A DNA stretch of 64,000 nucleotides from Fidelibacterota bacterium (GCA_024278595.1 JAJRSW010000002.1:11945-75944); one strand, 5' to 3'. Positions 29,637-40,753 are shown, counted from the stretch's first letter. Numbers and translations are program-made. Notes: generated by a model not told the origin, from the letters alone.

Positions 29637-29785
29637 AGACGTACCACGTTACGTCGCTCACATTTGTGGATTGAAACAGAGCCAGAGATTGCCGCGTTCA
29701 TCCCTCACCCGCACAGACAATTATCTGCACTATTAGGGCAATTCGAGCAATCCGCGGTTTCAACACTGATAGCCAAAAGGAATAA

Positions 29786-31096
29786 ATGCCTGCAAAAGAT
29801 CTAAATAAAAAAGTCCACATTATCAGCCTGGGTTGTGTCAAGAATACGGTTGACAGTGAGATCATTGCCGGTGGACTGGAAGCAGCCGGGATCGAGCTGG
29901 TGGATGAAGCCGAGGACGCCAATACCATCATCATTAACACCTGCGGATTTATCGGGGACGCCAAGGAAGAATCGGTAGAAGTAATCCTGGATGCAGCCCA
30001 GCTGAAAATTAATGGTAAGCTTGAGGAACTTCTTGTAGCCGGCTGTCTATCAGCGAGATACAAGAAAGAGTTAACCAAGGAAATGCCCGAGGTCGATCGC
30101 TTTTTTGTCACGGAGGACTTCCGGGAAATATTTGATCATATTGCCGCCAAACCACACCTGGCAGATGATCCGGATCATCGTCGAAAACTGCTAACACCCA
30201 GGCACTATGCCTATCTAAAGGTCAGTGAGGGTTGTGATAATGTCTGCAGTTTCTGTGCGATCCCCCTCATGCGTGGGGGGCAACGCAGTCGCAGTGTCGA
30301 TTCTCTGGTGAAAGAGGCTGAATCACTGGTCACTCGCGGAGTAAAAGAAATGATGGTCATCGCCCAGGATAGCACGACCTATGGCTGGGATCTCGAACCG
30401 AAACGATATCTGCATGAATTATTGGCCGAGTTAGATCAGGTTGCGGGTCTGGAATGGATCAGATTGCACTACGCGCACCCTTCCCATTTTTCCCGGAAGC
30501 TGATCCCCGTCCTTAAAAACGCCCGCCGGATCCTGCCTTATCTGGATATTCCTGTTCAGCATGCTTCCTCAAAGATGTTGACCGCCATGAAGCGGGGCCT
30601 GGATGCTGGCGGTCTAAGCAGGTTACTCCTGAATTTGCGGGAGGAGATCCCAAACTTGAAACTGCGGACCTCAGTGATCGTTGGATTCCCAGGCGAAAGT
30701 CAGGCTGATTTTGATACCCTGCTGAATTTCCTGGAAGAGATCAAATTCGATCGCCTGGGTGTGTTTAGGTACTCTGAGGAGGAAGATACCAGCGGTGCTG
30801 AGCTTGAAGATGATGTTCCAACTGATGTAAAGCTTGAGCGGATGGATGCCGTCATGGCCTTGCAGCACAGTATCTCCTTCAACCATAATCAGGAACTGAT
30901 CGGTAGCGAGCTGGAGATCATCATCGATGCAGCTGATCCTGATAATGAAGATCAAATGCTGGGCCGAACCATCTGGGATGCCCCCGAGATCGACCAGGTT
31001 GTATATGTGGCTGGCGGCTATCAATTAGGCAGTATCGTTAAACTCACGATCAATGATGCTGGAGCCTATGAGCTCTATGCTTCCGAGTCAGGTTAG
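29786..31096 (+). CDS. rimO: Ribosomal protein S12 methylthiotransferase RimO (radical SAM MTTase)
   Basis: N-terminal UPF0004 cysteines (SLGCVKN, NTCGF). Radical SAM CDNVCSFCAIP. C-terminal TRAM domain. Confidence 0.88.
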   Translation: MPAKDLNKKVHIISLGCVKNTVDSEIIAGGLEAAGIELVDEAEDANTIIINTCGFIGDAKEESVEVILDAAQLKINGKLEELLVAGCLSARYKKELTKEMPEVDRFFVTEDFREIFDHIAAKPHLADDPDHRRKLLTPRHYAYLKVSEGCDNVCSFCAIPLMRGGQRSRSVDSLVKEAESLVTRGVKEMMVIAQDSTTYGWDLEPKRYLHELLAELDQVAGLEWIRLHYAHPSHFSRKLIPVLKNARRILPYLDIPVQHASSKMLTAMKRGLDAGGLSRLLLNLREEIPNLKLRTSVIVGFPGESQADFDTLLNFLEEIKFDRLGVFRYSEEEDTSGAELEDDVPTDVKLERMDAVMALQHSISFNHNQELIGSELEIIIDAADPDNEDQMLGRTIWDAPEIDQVVYVAGGYQLGSIVKLTINDAGAYELYASESG

Positions 31097-31208
31097 GCTT
31101 CAGGATCCCAACAATTTGCAGGATCAATATTTCAGTGGAATTCTTGTGGTATCACCCCCAGAAGTTGCTATTATTCCGCACCAGTAAACCGCTTAATAGG
31201 ATAATCTC

Positions 31209-33935
31209 ATGAATAAAGAAAAACCACGTGTTGTATATCTAATCGATGGATCCGCCCTGGTCTATCGCTCCCATTTTGCCTTCATTAGGCAACCCCTGAT
31301 CAATTCAAAAGGCCAATTGGTCAGTGCCATATTTGGATTCATGAATGCCCTGCTCCGGCTTATGATCAAGGAAAAACCAGAATTTCTGGCTGTGGTCATG
31401 GATGCCAAGGAAAAGACCTTTCGCCATAAACAATACCCCGATTATAAGGCAACCCGGGAAAAAATGCCGGATGAACTGGCAGCACAATTGCCAGTGATCG
31501 ATGATATTGTTAATAAACTCAATATTCCCTACCTGAAACAGCCGGGATTTGAAGCAGATGATATCATTGGCAGCATGGCCAGGGAAGCCGCCGCTGCAGG
31601 CTTCATGGTTAGGATCATTACTGGTGACAAAGATTTCGCCCAACTGGTCACCGAAAAGGTACAGGTCGTGAATCCCAGGGACAATGCGGTTTGGACGCCA
31701 GAATATGTTCAGGAAAAGTGGGGCGTGCCCCCGGAGCAGATCATCGATCTCCTGGGGCTCATGGGCGATGCCTCTGATAATGTACCCGGTGTACCTGGTG
31801 TGGGTCCCAAAACCGCTGTCAAGCTGATTCTGGAACATGGAGGGATGCACGATCTTTATGCAAATCTGGATAAGGTGAAAAATCCCAAATTAAAAACCAA
31901 GCTGGAGGATAACCGGGAACTGGCTTTGCTCTCCCGGGAATTGGTCACTATCAAAACCGACATGGATTCTGTTCCCAAAGCAGACCAGATCCGCATCGAA
32001 GCCCCTGATATAGATGCCGTACGTAACGTGTTTCAGGAATTTGAACTGTTCAACCTCATGAAGCCCCTGGATGAAGTTCGCTCGCTCTATGATTCTGGCA
32101 GCGGACCGGTTCAGGAAGCCCGGGACCGAACTTATAGGGTGGTCAAACATATTCCGGAGCTGATGAATCTGGTTGAGACTTTAAAAAAACAGGAAATGGT
32201 GGCTTTTGATCTGGAAACTACCAGCCTGGACGTCCTCACTACTGAGATCGTCGGGTTGTCGTTCTCCTGGGAAGCGAATCAGGGTGTTTATGTTGCCGTC
32301 AAATACCCCAACCCACCGGAAGGCTGTTTTACTGCTGCTGATATTGACACGATTCTCCATGAACTAAACCCTTTTTGGGGCTCTGATTCGATTAAAAAAA
32401 CCGGTCATAATCTAAAGTTCGATCTTTCCGTGTTGAAAAGCTACGCTGTGGATGTCCAGGGCATCAGTTTTGATTCTCAGATCGCCGGTTATCTGGTAAA
32501 TCCAGGTGGACGTGGATACGGGATGAATGACCTGAGTGTCCAGTACCTGGGGATCGAGCCCATTCATATTGAGGCATTGATCGGCAAGGGCAAAGACCAG
32601 ATCACCATGGATCAGGTGAACCTGGATATGATCAGTGAGTATGCTGCAGAAGATGCTGATATTGCATTTCAATTGTATGAGGTACTGTCTGAAAAGATCA
32701 GATCAGCAGATCTGACACAAGTGTTTCATGATATTGATCTGCCACTCATGCCGGTTCTGCTGGAGATGGAACGGATCGGTACTTTTGTGGACGCCGACAT
32801 GCTGGGAGAGATGTCAACCAGTCTGGGTACTGAATTGATCCGCCTGGAAAAGGCCATTTATGAAGAAGCCGGGGAGGAATTCAACGTGGCTTCGCCCAAG
32901 CAGGTGGCTGAGATCCTGTTCGAAAAAAAGGGGATCAAACCCATTCGTAAGACCAAAACCGGTTATTCCACCGATGTCAACGTCCTGCAGATATTGGCAA
33001 AAGAGCATGCCATTCCCCGCTATATGCTGGATTATCGTCAAGTGGCCAAATTGAAATCCACCTACACTGATACCTTACCCCTGTTGATTCACGAGCAGAC
33101 CGGACGCATTCACTCCAGTTTTAATCAAACCATAGCTGCCACAGGGAGATTAAGTTCCACCAATCCTAATTTCCAGAATATTCCAGTGCGTACCGAACTG
33201 GGTCGGGATATTCGCAAGGCTTTTCGTCCGCAAAACCCGGGCTGGAAGATCCTCTCGGCAGATTACTCCCAGATCGAGTTGAGGCTCATGGCTCAGTATT
33301 CCCAGGATGAACGTCTGATTCAGGCTTTCAAGAATGGGGAAGATATCCATACCGCTACGGCCGCTCATGTCTTTGGGACTGACTTGTTCGGGGTAACTGA
33401 GGACCAAAGACGCCGGGCCAAGGTGGTCAATTTCGGCATCATGTATGGTGCTGGTCCGTTCCGGATGTCCAATGAATTAGAGATCACACGGGGTGAAGCA
33501 GCTGAGCTGATCAGCGAATATTTTGCAACCTATCCAGGCATTCGAAATTACATAGATGAAACCCTGGAATTCGCCCGCGAGCATAAGTATGTCCAGACGC
33601 TTTTTGGACGTAAGCGACCCATTCCGGACATTGATGCTGCTAACCGGATGAGCAGGGAAGGGGCAGAACGGGTTGCCACCAATATGCCCATCCAGGGCAC
33701 GGCTGCAGATATCATCAAAATAGCCATGCTCCAGATCCATGATCAGATGAAGGCAACTGGTTTAGCCAGCAAAATGATCCTCCAGGTCCATGATGAATTG
33801 GTGTTTGAAGTCCCGGATGAAGAGGTGGAACCGTTATCCCAGCTGGTAAAAGAGACCATGGAGCATGCCGTGGACCTGGATATTCCGCTCACTGTTGATC
33901 TGGGCGTAGGGGATAATTGGCTGGAAGCCCACTAA
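31209..33935 (+). CDS. polA: DNA polymerase I
   Basis: 908 aa with 5'-3' exonuclease, 3'-5' exonuclease (FDLETTSL) and polymerase motifs (DYSQIELR, RRRAKVVNFGIMYG, QVHDELVFE). Confidence 0.97.
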   Translation: MNKEKPRVVYLIDGSALVYRSHFAFIRQPLINSKGQLVSAIFGFMNALLRLMIKEKPEFLAVVMDAKEKTFRHKQYPDYKATREKMPDELAAQLPVIDDIVNKLNIPYLKQPGFEADDIIGSMAREAAAAGFMVRIITGDKDFAQLVTEKVQVVNPRDNAVWTPEYVQEKWGVPPEQIIDLLGLMGDASDNVPGVPGVGPKTAVKLILEHGGMHDLYANLDKVKNPKLKTKLEDNRELALLSRELVTIKTDMDSVPKADQIRIEAPDIDAVRNVFQEFELFNLMKPLDEVRSLYDSGSGPVQEARDRTYRVVKHIPELMNLVETLKKQEMVAFDLETTSLDVLTTEIVGLSFSWEANQGVYVAVKYPNPPEGCFTAADIDTILHELNPFWGSDSIKKTGHNLKFDLSVLKSYAVDVQGISFDSQIAGYLVNPGGRGYGMNDLSVQYLGIEPIHIEALIGKGKDQITMDQVNLDMISEYAAEDADIAFQLYEVLSEKIRSADLTQVFHDIDLPLMPVLLEMERIGTFVDADMLGEMSTSLGTELIRLEKAIYEEAGEEFNVASPKQVAEILFEKKGIKPIRKTKTGYSTDVNVLQILAKEHAIPRYMLDYRQVAKLKSTYTDTLPLLIHEQTGRIHSSFNQTIAATGRLSSTNPNFQNIPVRTELGRDIRKAFRPQNPGWKILSADYSQIELRLMAQYSQDERLIQAFKNGEDIHTATAAHVFGTDLFGVTEDQRRRAKVVNFGIMYGAGPFRMSNELEITRGEAAELISEYFATYPGIRNYIDETLEFAREHKYVQTLFGRKRPIPDIDAANRMSREGAERVATNMPIQGTAADIIKIAMLQIHDQMKATGLASKMILQVHDELVFEVPDEEVEPLSQLVKETMEHAVDLDIPLTVDLGVGDNWLEAH

Positions 33936-34351
33936 CAAATTATCACAAGACCTATTTTTATGGCCATCTTAAGGGTCATTGATGGAATTCTATTATTGCC
34001 GAAATAGCCAATCTTTGATCAGCGCACGGAATCTTCCAATCTACTAAGATCCGCACGGAGTAGGCCTTACTAACCCTCATTAATTACCGCCCCCTAGTTA
34101 ATAAATAAATTGTATTAACTCAGACCGCAGATATATTGAGCCGAAAGAATAATAATATTAATGGCTTCAATTGAAAATTTATAGGCTGCCGATTCGCTTT
34201 CCAGGTCACCGATTAGGCTATGTTGAAACTGGGAAATGAATTATGTTTGAGGGTCATTGAAAAATCGAACCGATGGTATTCTTTTTTTGAGGAGAGCGTG
34301 CATTCTAAGATCGCTACTATCAGCTAAGAAAATACACTTGAGGGATAGTTT

Positions 34352-37300
34352 ATGAGAAACGCAAGATCGCTGCTTGTTGGCCTGGCTATTATTTCAAATA
34401 TAATGGCTGGAACAACAGGAAAAATTTCTGGAAAGATCACAGACAATTACACAGGTGAGGCCTTGATCGGGGTCAATATAATGGTTGAAGGTACAGGTCT
34501 GGGTGCCATTACTAATATTGATGGTTACTATGTGATCTTGAATATCCCACCTGGTTTCCACACGGTAAAAACCAGTATGATCGGCTATGCCCGTCATGAG
34601 ATCAAGGAAGTTCGCGTTGAGATAGATCGTACTGAGACCCTGAATATCATCATGTCCGAAGAGATCCTGGAGGGCCAATCAGTGGTCATCACTGCCGAGC
34701 GTAGGGTGATCAAGATGGATGTGGCTGCCAGTCAGCGCAGCATGGACGCCGAAAGCATCAAACAGCTCCCTGTCACCAGTATCAGTGAAGTATTGGGACT
34801 TCAGGCAGGCGTGAGTGGTTTCTCGGTTCGTGGTGGAGGAGCGGATGAAACATCTCTCATGATTGATGGCATTGAGCTCAAGGATCAGCGAACCAACCAA
34901 CCTATTACAGGTATCCCCTTAAGCGCTGTACAAGAAATTTCAGTTCAAACTGGTGGATTTAGTGCAGAGTATAACAATGTACGCTCTGGGGTTGTGAATG
35001 TGGTGACCAAGGATGGAAGCGGAGGTTACTCTGGAACCGTGACCATCAAACATAGTCAGGCTGAACCAAAACATTTTGGCATTTCACCCTACGACGCCGA
35101 TTCTCATTTTCTGAGACCCTATCTGGATGATGCCGTGGCCTGGACCGGCACCGAAAATGGTGAAACATATACGGATGTTGATGGCAATGGCTACTGGGAT
35201 GAGGGTGAACCTTATACTGATTTTAATGGTGACGGATCCTACACCGCCTGGGATAAATATGAACAACGTCAGTATCCTGTCTTTGCAGGCTGGAACGCCT
35301 TATCCGAGTCCAGTCTGGGCAATGATGATGCCGGAGATGATCTTTCACCAGCCTCAGCCCAGCGCCTTTTTGAATGGCAGTACCGGAAACCCGGCAATAT
35401 CATCAATCCGGATTATAATGTGGATGCCGGCTTTGGTGGACCGGTCCCCATAATCGGTTCCAGCCTGGGTGACCTGAGGTTCTTTATCTCCTATCGACAG
35501 GAACAAAACGAATATCTTTACCCCGTTTCCCGCTCTGGGACTCTATCTAAGACCACCTTGCTACGCGTGACCTCTGACATTTCTAACTCCATGAAGTTAA
35601 ACATGATAGCCATGGCCGGGGAACTGGAGGCAACTACCTCCTCCAGGGGCGGACTTACCGGGTACCTTTCAAATGTCTGGGATCTTGCATCCCAGGTGAA
35701 CCGGGCTGGTTTTACCATGCCCTGGCGGCTCTACTCAAACGAATATTGGGCACCAACCACAGTATCACATAGCACCATTTCCGCAAAATTCACCCACCTG
35801 CTTAGTTCTTCAAGCTACTACGAGGTTCTGGTGAAACACACACGAAAAAGTTATGATACCGGTCCAGGGCAAGATCGTAACACGGATCAGATCTATGAAA
35901 TATTTGATGGTTATTTTGTTGATGAGGCGCCAGTAGGTTTCTATGGTACACCCCTGACCAGTGTTGAGGGTAAACTGACCATGGGGGGTGCTGTAAGCAC
36001 ATCGCGGGATGAGAGCACGGTCAAAACAAGCTCGATCAGTGGTAATTATACCAACCAGATGAATCGCCAGAATCAGGTGCAAGCAGGTTTCAATTTTACT
36101 TTTGATGACCTGGATATGGAATTCGGATCGCTGAATTATTTCTTGCCTGAGGGCAATTATTGGACCCGAATGCATTATAATCCCTACCGATTAAGTGGAT
36201 ATATTCAAGATAAACTTGAGTTTGAAGGATTTATTGCTTCCCTGGGTATAAATGCAGAGTTTATTGATCCTAGTGCGGCCTGGTATGCTATAGATGTGTA
36301 TGATGAAAAATTCTTTTCCGGCAGCTACAGCCTGGAAAGCGATGATGATTTTGAAAAAGTTGACATTGATCCACAACTGTATATCAGTCCCAGACTTTCC
36401 ATTTCTCATCCCATCACTATCAATTCAAAGTTGTACTTCAACTATGGTCACTATCGGCAGATACCCACGGCTGAAAGCTTATTTCGGATCCAGCGTAAAG
36501 CTGTGTTGAACTCCGAACGTGACATCGAGGATCTAACTCAACTCTCTGTTATTGGCGATCCTACTCTGGAGCAGGCCCGGACGATATCCTATGAGCTTGG
36601 CTACGATCATGCCCTGTACGACACCTATCTATTGCATTTCGCGGCCTACTATAAGGATATCTCGGATCAGCAGGACTGGACCCGCTACATCAGTGCCAAT
36701 GGCAAAGTAAATTACAGCCAGTTAACTGCCAATAGCTATGAAGATATCAGAGGGTTCGAGGCTGATATCTCTAAATTGGTCGGTGATTGGATCACAGGTC
36801 ATGTGAATTATGAATACCGGGTGAATACATCTGGATTTTTTAATATTAAACGGTATTACCAGGATCCGAAAGAGCAAAGCGACTATCTAAAAAACAATGC
36901 AACTCAATTCAAACCCAGGCCGACTCCTAGAGTCAAATCAGTTGTGGATCTCCACACACCTGGAAATTATGGTCCAAAGGTATTTGGCCAGCATATTCTC
37001 AGTGATTGGCATCTCAACATTCTGAGTAGTTGGCGGGCAGGTAGCTGGTTCGAATACAACCCCAAAAACATTGAAGGAATTAGTTATAATTTTCGCTGGC
37101 AGGATGCCAAATCAGTGGATCTCAAATTTTCCAAGATGTTCAAGGCCGGAAAAATGAACATCAAGTTTTTTGCTGATGTAAACAATGCCTTAAACATCAA
37201 AACCTTCAGTACCTATGGTTTTGCTGATATCCATGATTATAACTTCTACATGGGCTCTTTACTGTTAGGCGAAGACAATCTGGAAGATCTGGGGCTGAAT

Positions 37301-37612
37301 GTGTTACCCGGCATCGATCATGCCGATAGTCCTGGTGATGTCCGACCCGCTGATATTGACTTTGTTCCTCTGGAATGGCGGGGTGATATCAGTGATGAAC
37401 TCGATCCGCAGGAAAGACCGATCTATTATGATGCAGCCACTGAGACCTACATGCAGTGGGATCACAACGCTGGCTGGGATGAGGTAGATCAGGCCTATTT
37501 GGATCAGGTGGTTAAGGACAAAGCGTACATTGATAATCCTAATCAAGGTTCGTTCGTCTTTCTGGCGCCCAGAGATATTTTCTTTGGGATCAATATCTCC
37601 TACAATTTTTAA
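34352..37612 (+). CDS. TonB-dependent receptor A with an N-terminal CarboxypepD_reg domain (1086 aa)
   Basis: Signal peptide. GKISGKITDNYTGEALIGVNIMVEG..DGYYVILNIPPG (CarboxypepD_reg). Plug (IKQLPVTSISEVLGLQAGV, IDGIE, FSAEYNNVRSGVVNVVTK). C-terminal aromatic residue ...NISYNF. Confidence 0.88.
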   Translation: MRNARSLLVGLAIISNIMAGTTGKISGKITDNYTGEALIGVNIMVEGTGLGAITNIDGYYVILNIPPGFHTVKTSMIGYARHEIKEVRVEIDRTETLNIIMSEEILEGQSVVITAERRVIKMDVAASQRSMDAESIKQLPVTSISEVLGLQAGVSGFSVRGGGADETSLMIDGIELKDQRTNQPITGIPLSAVQEISVQTGGFSAEYNNVRSGVVNVVTKDGSGGYSGTVTIKHSQAEPKHFGISPYDADSHFLRPYLDDAVAWTGTENGETYTDVDGNGYWDEGEPYTDFNGDGSYTAWDKYEQRQYPVFAGWNALSESSLGNDDAGDDLSPASAQRLFEWQYRKPGNIINPDYNVDAGFGGPVPIIGSSLGDLRFFISYRQEQNEYLYPVSRSGTLSKTTLLRVTSDISNSMKLNMIAMAGELEATTSSRGGLTGYLSNVWDLASQVNRAGFTMPWRLYSNEYWAPTTVSHSTISAKFTHLLSSSSYYEVLVKHTRKSYDTGPGQDRNTDQIYEIFDGYFVDEAPVGFYGTPLTSVEGKLTMGGAVSTSRDESTVKTSSISGNYTNQMNRQNQVQAGFNFTFDDLDMEFGSLNYFLPEGNYWTRMHYNPYRLSGYIQDKLEFEGFIASLGINAEFIDPSAAWYAIDVYDEKFFSGSYSLESDDDFEKVDIDPQLYISPRLSISHPITINSKLYFNYGHYRQIPTAESLFRIQRKAVLNSERDIEDLTQLSVIGDPTLEQARTISYELGYDHALYDTYLLHFAAYYKDISDQQDWTRYISANGKVNYSQLTANSYEDIRGFEADISKLVGDWITGHVNYEYRVNTSGFFNIKRYYQDPKEQSDYLKNNATQFKPRPTPRVKSVVDLHTPGNYGPKVFGQHILSDWHLNILSSWRAGSWFEYNPKNIEGISYNFRWQDAKSVDLKFSKMFKAGKMNIKFFADVNNALNIKTFSTYGFADIHDYNFYMGSLLLGEDNLEDLGLNVLPGIDHADSPGDVRPADIDFVPLEWRGDISDELDPQERPIYYDAATETYMQWDHNAGWDEVDQAYLDQVVKDKAYIDNPNQGSFVFLAPRDIFFGINISYNF

Positions 37613-37642
37613 TGACAAACGGATGCGATAGATAAGGAATTA

Positions 37643-39724
37643 ATGATGCGTTTAAAGAACAATATGATCATCCGATTGTTGGTACTCAATATACTTACCT
37701 TTGGATTGCTTTCGACCCAGGCGATTGGCGCCGAGAGTAAGTGGATTGCTGTTGGGAATCTGCATAACTGGTATTCAGAAGAAGGCTGCGAGATCGAAGT
37801 TGGCCGAACTGGACAAATAAGAGATCAGCAGGATGGTTTGCGGTGGCCGGCTCAATTTAGTTATCAAGATGTTCAGGCAGCTAAGGCGCTGTGGATCGGC
37901 AGTACAAATTTCACTGATCCAGTAGCGGGTAGAACTTATGATTACAAAGTGGTACATGTGGGTCCCAGAGGCCCCGTTGATATTAAAAAAGAGATCATGA
38001 TCGAAGCGTTCAAAATGTATGGTAAGTACGATCATCCCACGGTTTTTGTGGATGGCTTACCGGCCAGTACACTTCAATTCATGGATTTCGTGGATAGTGT
38101 TGATGCTGATATGGCAGCGGATCGACGCATTCTCAACCAAGTGAACACCGCCATGGGGATTACGCTTACTCGGAATATTCGCGGTTATTCAAATCAGAAT
38201 CATGATAATTATCATATCTATGATTATGTATTCGAGAATACCGGGAAGTATGACACTGATGGGAATACTATTAATGTGACGCTTACTGATGTGTACTTCA
38301 TGTTTCAGTATCGCTATGCTGCCAGTCGTGAGGGGGGACCCTATGGAAGTGGGGGCTACTGGTTGCCTCAGAATACCGCCTGGGGCCGCAACACGGTGAA
38401 TGAAGTAATTGGAGAAAACCCGGCGGACGGTGAGATACGGGCACAGTACTCCTGGCATGGCAAGCATTCTCAATCCGCAGATGGCCATGATAACTATGGT
38501 GCTCCCTATTACGGCGATGGCGGTGATGGACACTTAAGCGCACAACAATTTATGGGTGTTGTGACCTTGCATGCCGATACATCACCCACTGATCCCAGCG
38601 ATGACCTGCGTCAACCTTCAACAACCTATTACATTGGCTCAGATGCCCAGATAACCTATGATAATGATCAGTACAACCCGGCCAAGATGCAGGCTCGCTA
38701 TGCCCACATGACGCTGGGGCACCCCCTGGAATCCCATGCTGAATCAGTTGGGGATGGATTTGCCGATACCTGGGGCAATGACCCGGGTGGCTATTCCCAG
38801 GCTCAAGCTTTTGGTCCCTACACGCTGGCTCCTGGCGAAAGTGTCAATATTGTTTTGGCGGAAGCCGTTGCCGGTATCAATCGGGCCCTGTGTTATGAAG
38901 TGGGTGGCAATTGGTTTGATTCCACCATTCCGGTGGGTGAACTACTGAATCCGGATGGTTCAACACCGGTTGATAAAGACGAATACAAGGATAAATGGGT
39001 ATTTACAGGCGAGGATTCATTGCTGCAAACCTTCCAACGGGCCATTGATACCTATGAAGCTGATTATTTCGTTCCAGTGCCACCACCACCACCTGATGAG
39101 TTTGTCGTGACTTCGGGTGGTGATCAGATAAAACTCACCTGGTCCAATTCAGCTGAGTCACATCCCGGATTCATGGGCTACAAAGTGTATCGGTCCATGC
39201 ATAAACCGGATACCACCTATGAGGAAATATTCAACTGTGATGTTACAGCCCTTAGTAATGAATTTGCCGATGTGCAAGCAAAACGCGGATTTGATTATTT
39301 CTACTATATCGTCAGCTATGATGATGGTAATACTAACCTGGTTGCCCCGGGAGCACCCCTGTACAGCAGTAAATTTTATACCATGACCAGCAAAGGGGCC
39401 AGCTTAAAGCGTCCGCCAGGGGAGACTTTAGCTGATATTAGGATCGTACCTAATCCGTTTAACATCAAATCGCGGGATTTGCAGTTTAGTGAAAGCGGAC
39501 CGGATCGCTTGTATTTTTACGATATTCCTCCCATCTGTACCATCCGGATCTACACTGAGCGCGGTGACCTGGTTCATACAATTGAGCATACTAATAACAG
39601 TGGTGATGAGGCCTGGGATCTTATCACAGAATACCGACAGGTTATTGTAAGCGGCATTTATCTGGCGCATTTTGAAGTGCCAGATGGCCGATCAACCTAT
39701 CGCAAATTTATTGTCATTCGATAA
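37643..39724 (+). CDS. Uncharacterised secreted partner protein A (693 aa) with a PPPPP linker, an FN3-like module and a T9SS-CTD-like C-terminus
   Basis: Signal peptide. PPPPPDEFVVTSGGDQIKLTWSNS..GYKVYRS (FN3-like). C-terminus IRIVPNPFNIKS..CTIRIYTERGDLVHTI..GDEAWDL..VSGIYLAHFE..YRKFIVIR. Paralog of 44724-46847. Confidence 0.75.
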   Translation: MMRLKNNMIIRLLVLNILTFGLLSTQAIGAESKWIAVGNLHNWYSEEGCEIEVGRTGQIRDQQDGLRWPAQFSYQDVQAAKALWIGSTNFTDPVAGRTYDYKVVHVGPRGPVDIKKEIMIEAFKMYGKYDHPTVFVDGLPASTLQFMDFVDSVDADMAADRRILNQVNTAMGITLTRNIRGYSNQNHDNYHIYDYVFENTGKYDTDGNTINVTLTDVYFMFQYRYAASREGGPYGSGGYWLPQNTAWGRNTVNEVIGENPADGEIRAQYSWHGKHSQSADGHDNYGAPYYGDGGDGHLSAQQFMGVVTLHADTSPTDPSDDLRQPSTTYYIGSDAQITYDNDQYNPAKMQARYAHMTLGHPLESHAESVGDGFADTWGNDPGGYSQAQAFGPYTLAPGESVNIVLAEAVAGINRALCYEVGGNWFDSTIPVGELLNPDGSTPVDKDEYKDKWVFTGEDSLLQTFQRAIDTYEADYFVPVPPPPPDEFVVTSGGDQIKLTWSNSAESHPGFMGYKVYRSMHKPDTTYEEIFNCDVTALSNEFADVQAKRGFDYFYYIVSYDDGNTNLVAPGAPLYSSKFYTMTSKGASLKRPPGETLADIRIVPNPFNIKSRDLQFSESGPDRLYFYDIPPICTIRIYTERGDLVHTIEHTNNSGDEAWDLITEYRQVIVSGIYLAHFEVPDGRSTYRKFIVIR

Positions 39725-39736
39725 GGGGCTAGAGAT

Positions 39737-40753
39737 ATGTTTAAATACACGATAAATATTCAGGGTCCTCTGCTGTGGATGATGGTCCTATTACCGCTCA
39801 TATTTACCATTAGCTGTGAAAGGTATAATGAAGAAACCTATGAGCTGAACGAACTCGAGCAAGTGATCTGTGATCGGTTTAGTGATACCTTGAGCCATGA
39901 GCTGAAAGCGGCCGATCTTCGCCTCTTTGGTCCCAGCTGGACCGGCAAAGAAGTTGAGCAAACCTTGCTGAATATGGAACGCATCGGGAGTACCTGGTTC
40001 AATGCCGATTTTGAGCTGGAACCTGATGTGTTTGTCTTTTTGGAAGGTGCTGATACGGTAGCAGCTATGCAAATCCTGGATTTCGTGTATGACGATGCCC
40101 TGGTAAGCATGGATAGCATCTACATCGCCTACCTGTATAACCCTGCCGGCACACCGGCATTTGGCGGATTGGTAGCCGATACAATTCTGGTCCTTGATCC
40201 TGGCACAACACCCCTTTATCTGGACTTTAGCCAAGGTGTGGTTGGCGCCAGTGATGACTGGAATATCAGCCTGGATGGTGTCAATATCAAACAAGCCAGC
40301 TTAAGCAAGGTCTTTCGTCTTGAGAATCGATTACTGGCTGCATTTACCACAGCTCCAAAAGAATACTATGCTGCAGATATCCTGGGTTTTGAGTTGGCTG
40401 TTAATTATCTGGAAGCTGACACGATCTATCTCACTGAAACCGATTCACTACTCAGCGTAGGAATAGAATCAAGCACTGATGCCGGGTATATGCTCTGGAA
40501 TCGCCAGGGAATGGGAAGCTCAGAGATCATTTTTAATACCACAGACTATATGACCATCGCCATCTGGGATGAGAGTGGTATCTATCTGGACCCCTCTGAT
40601 GTAACCATGTCCATGCAGACGGTTGCCTATTGCTGGGCTCTAAAGACAAAAGTAGCCTATGAACTTGATGAGTCGACCTATTTAGTTCAATTCCTGCCCC
40701 ATGAAGAAATGGCAACCGCAGAGTTTGACCTGGTTATTGTGGAGGGTGAGTAA
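39737..40753 (+). CDS. Hypothetical lipoprotein (338 aa)
   Basis: Lipobox-like LIFTISC. No recognisable catalytic motif. The DWNISLDGVNIK segment is faintly reminiscent of HmuY-like proteins (weak). Confidence 0.55.
   Translation: MFKYTINIQGPLLWMMVLLPLIFTISCERYNEETYELNELEQVICDRFSDTLSHELKAADLRLFGPSWTGKEVEQTLLNMERIGSTWFNADFELEPDVFVFLEGADTVAAMQILDFVYDDALVSMDSIYIAYLYNPAGTPAFGGLVADTILVLDPGTTPLYLDFSQGVVGASDDWNISLDGVNIKQASLSKVFRLENRLLAAFTTAPKEYYAADILGFELAVNYLEADTIYLTETDSLLSVGIESSTDAGYMLWNRQGMGSSEIIFNTTDYMTIAIWDESGIYLDPSDVTMSMQTVAYCWALKTKVAYELDESTYLVQFLPHEEMATAEFDLVIVEGE

Noticed and set aside
29698-30111. A 137-aa minus-strand ORF overlapping the rimO 5' region.
   Set aside because: It is antisense to a well-supported rimO frame with conserved Cys motifs, and its sequence is Ser/Ala-rich and low-complexity. 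It is a shadow ORF.
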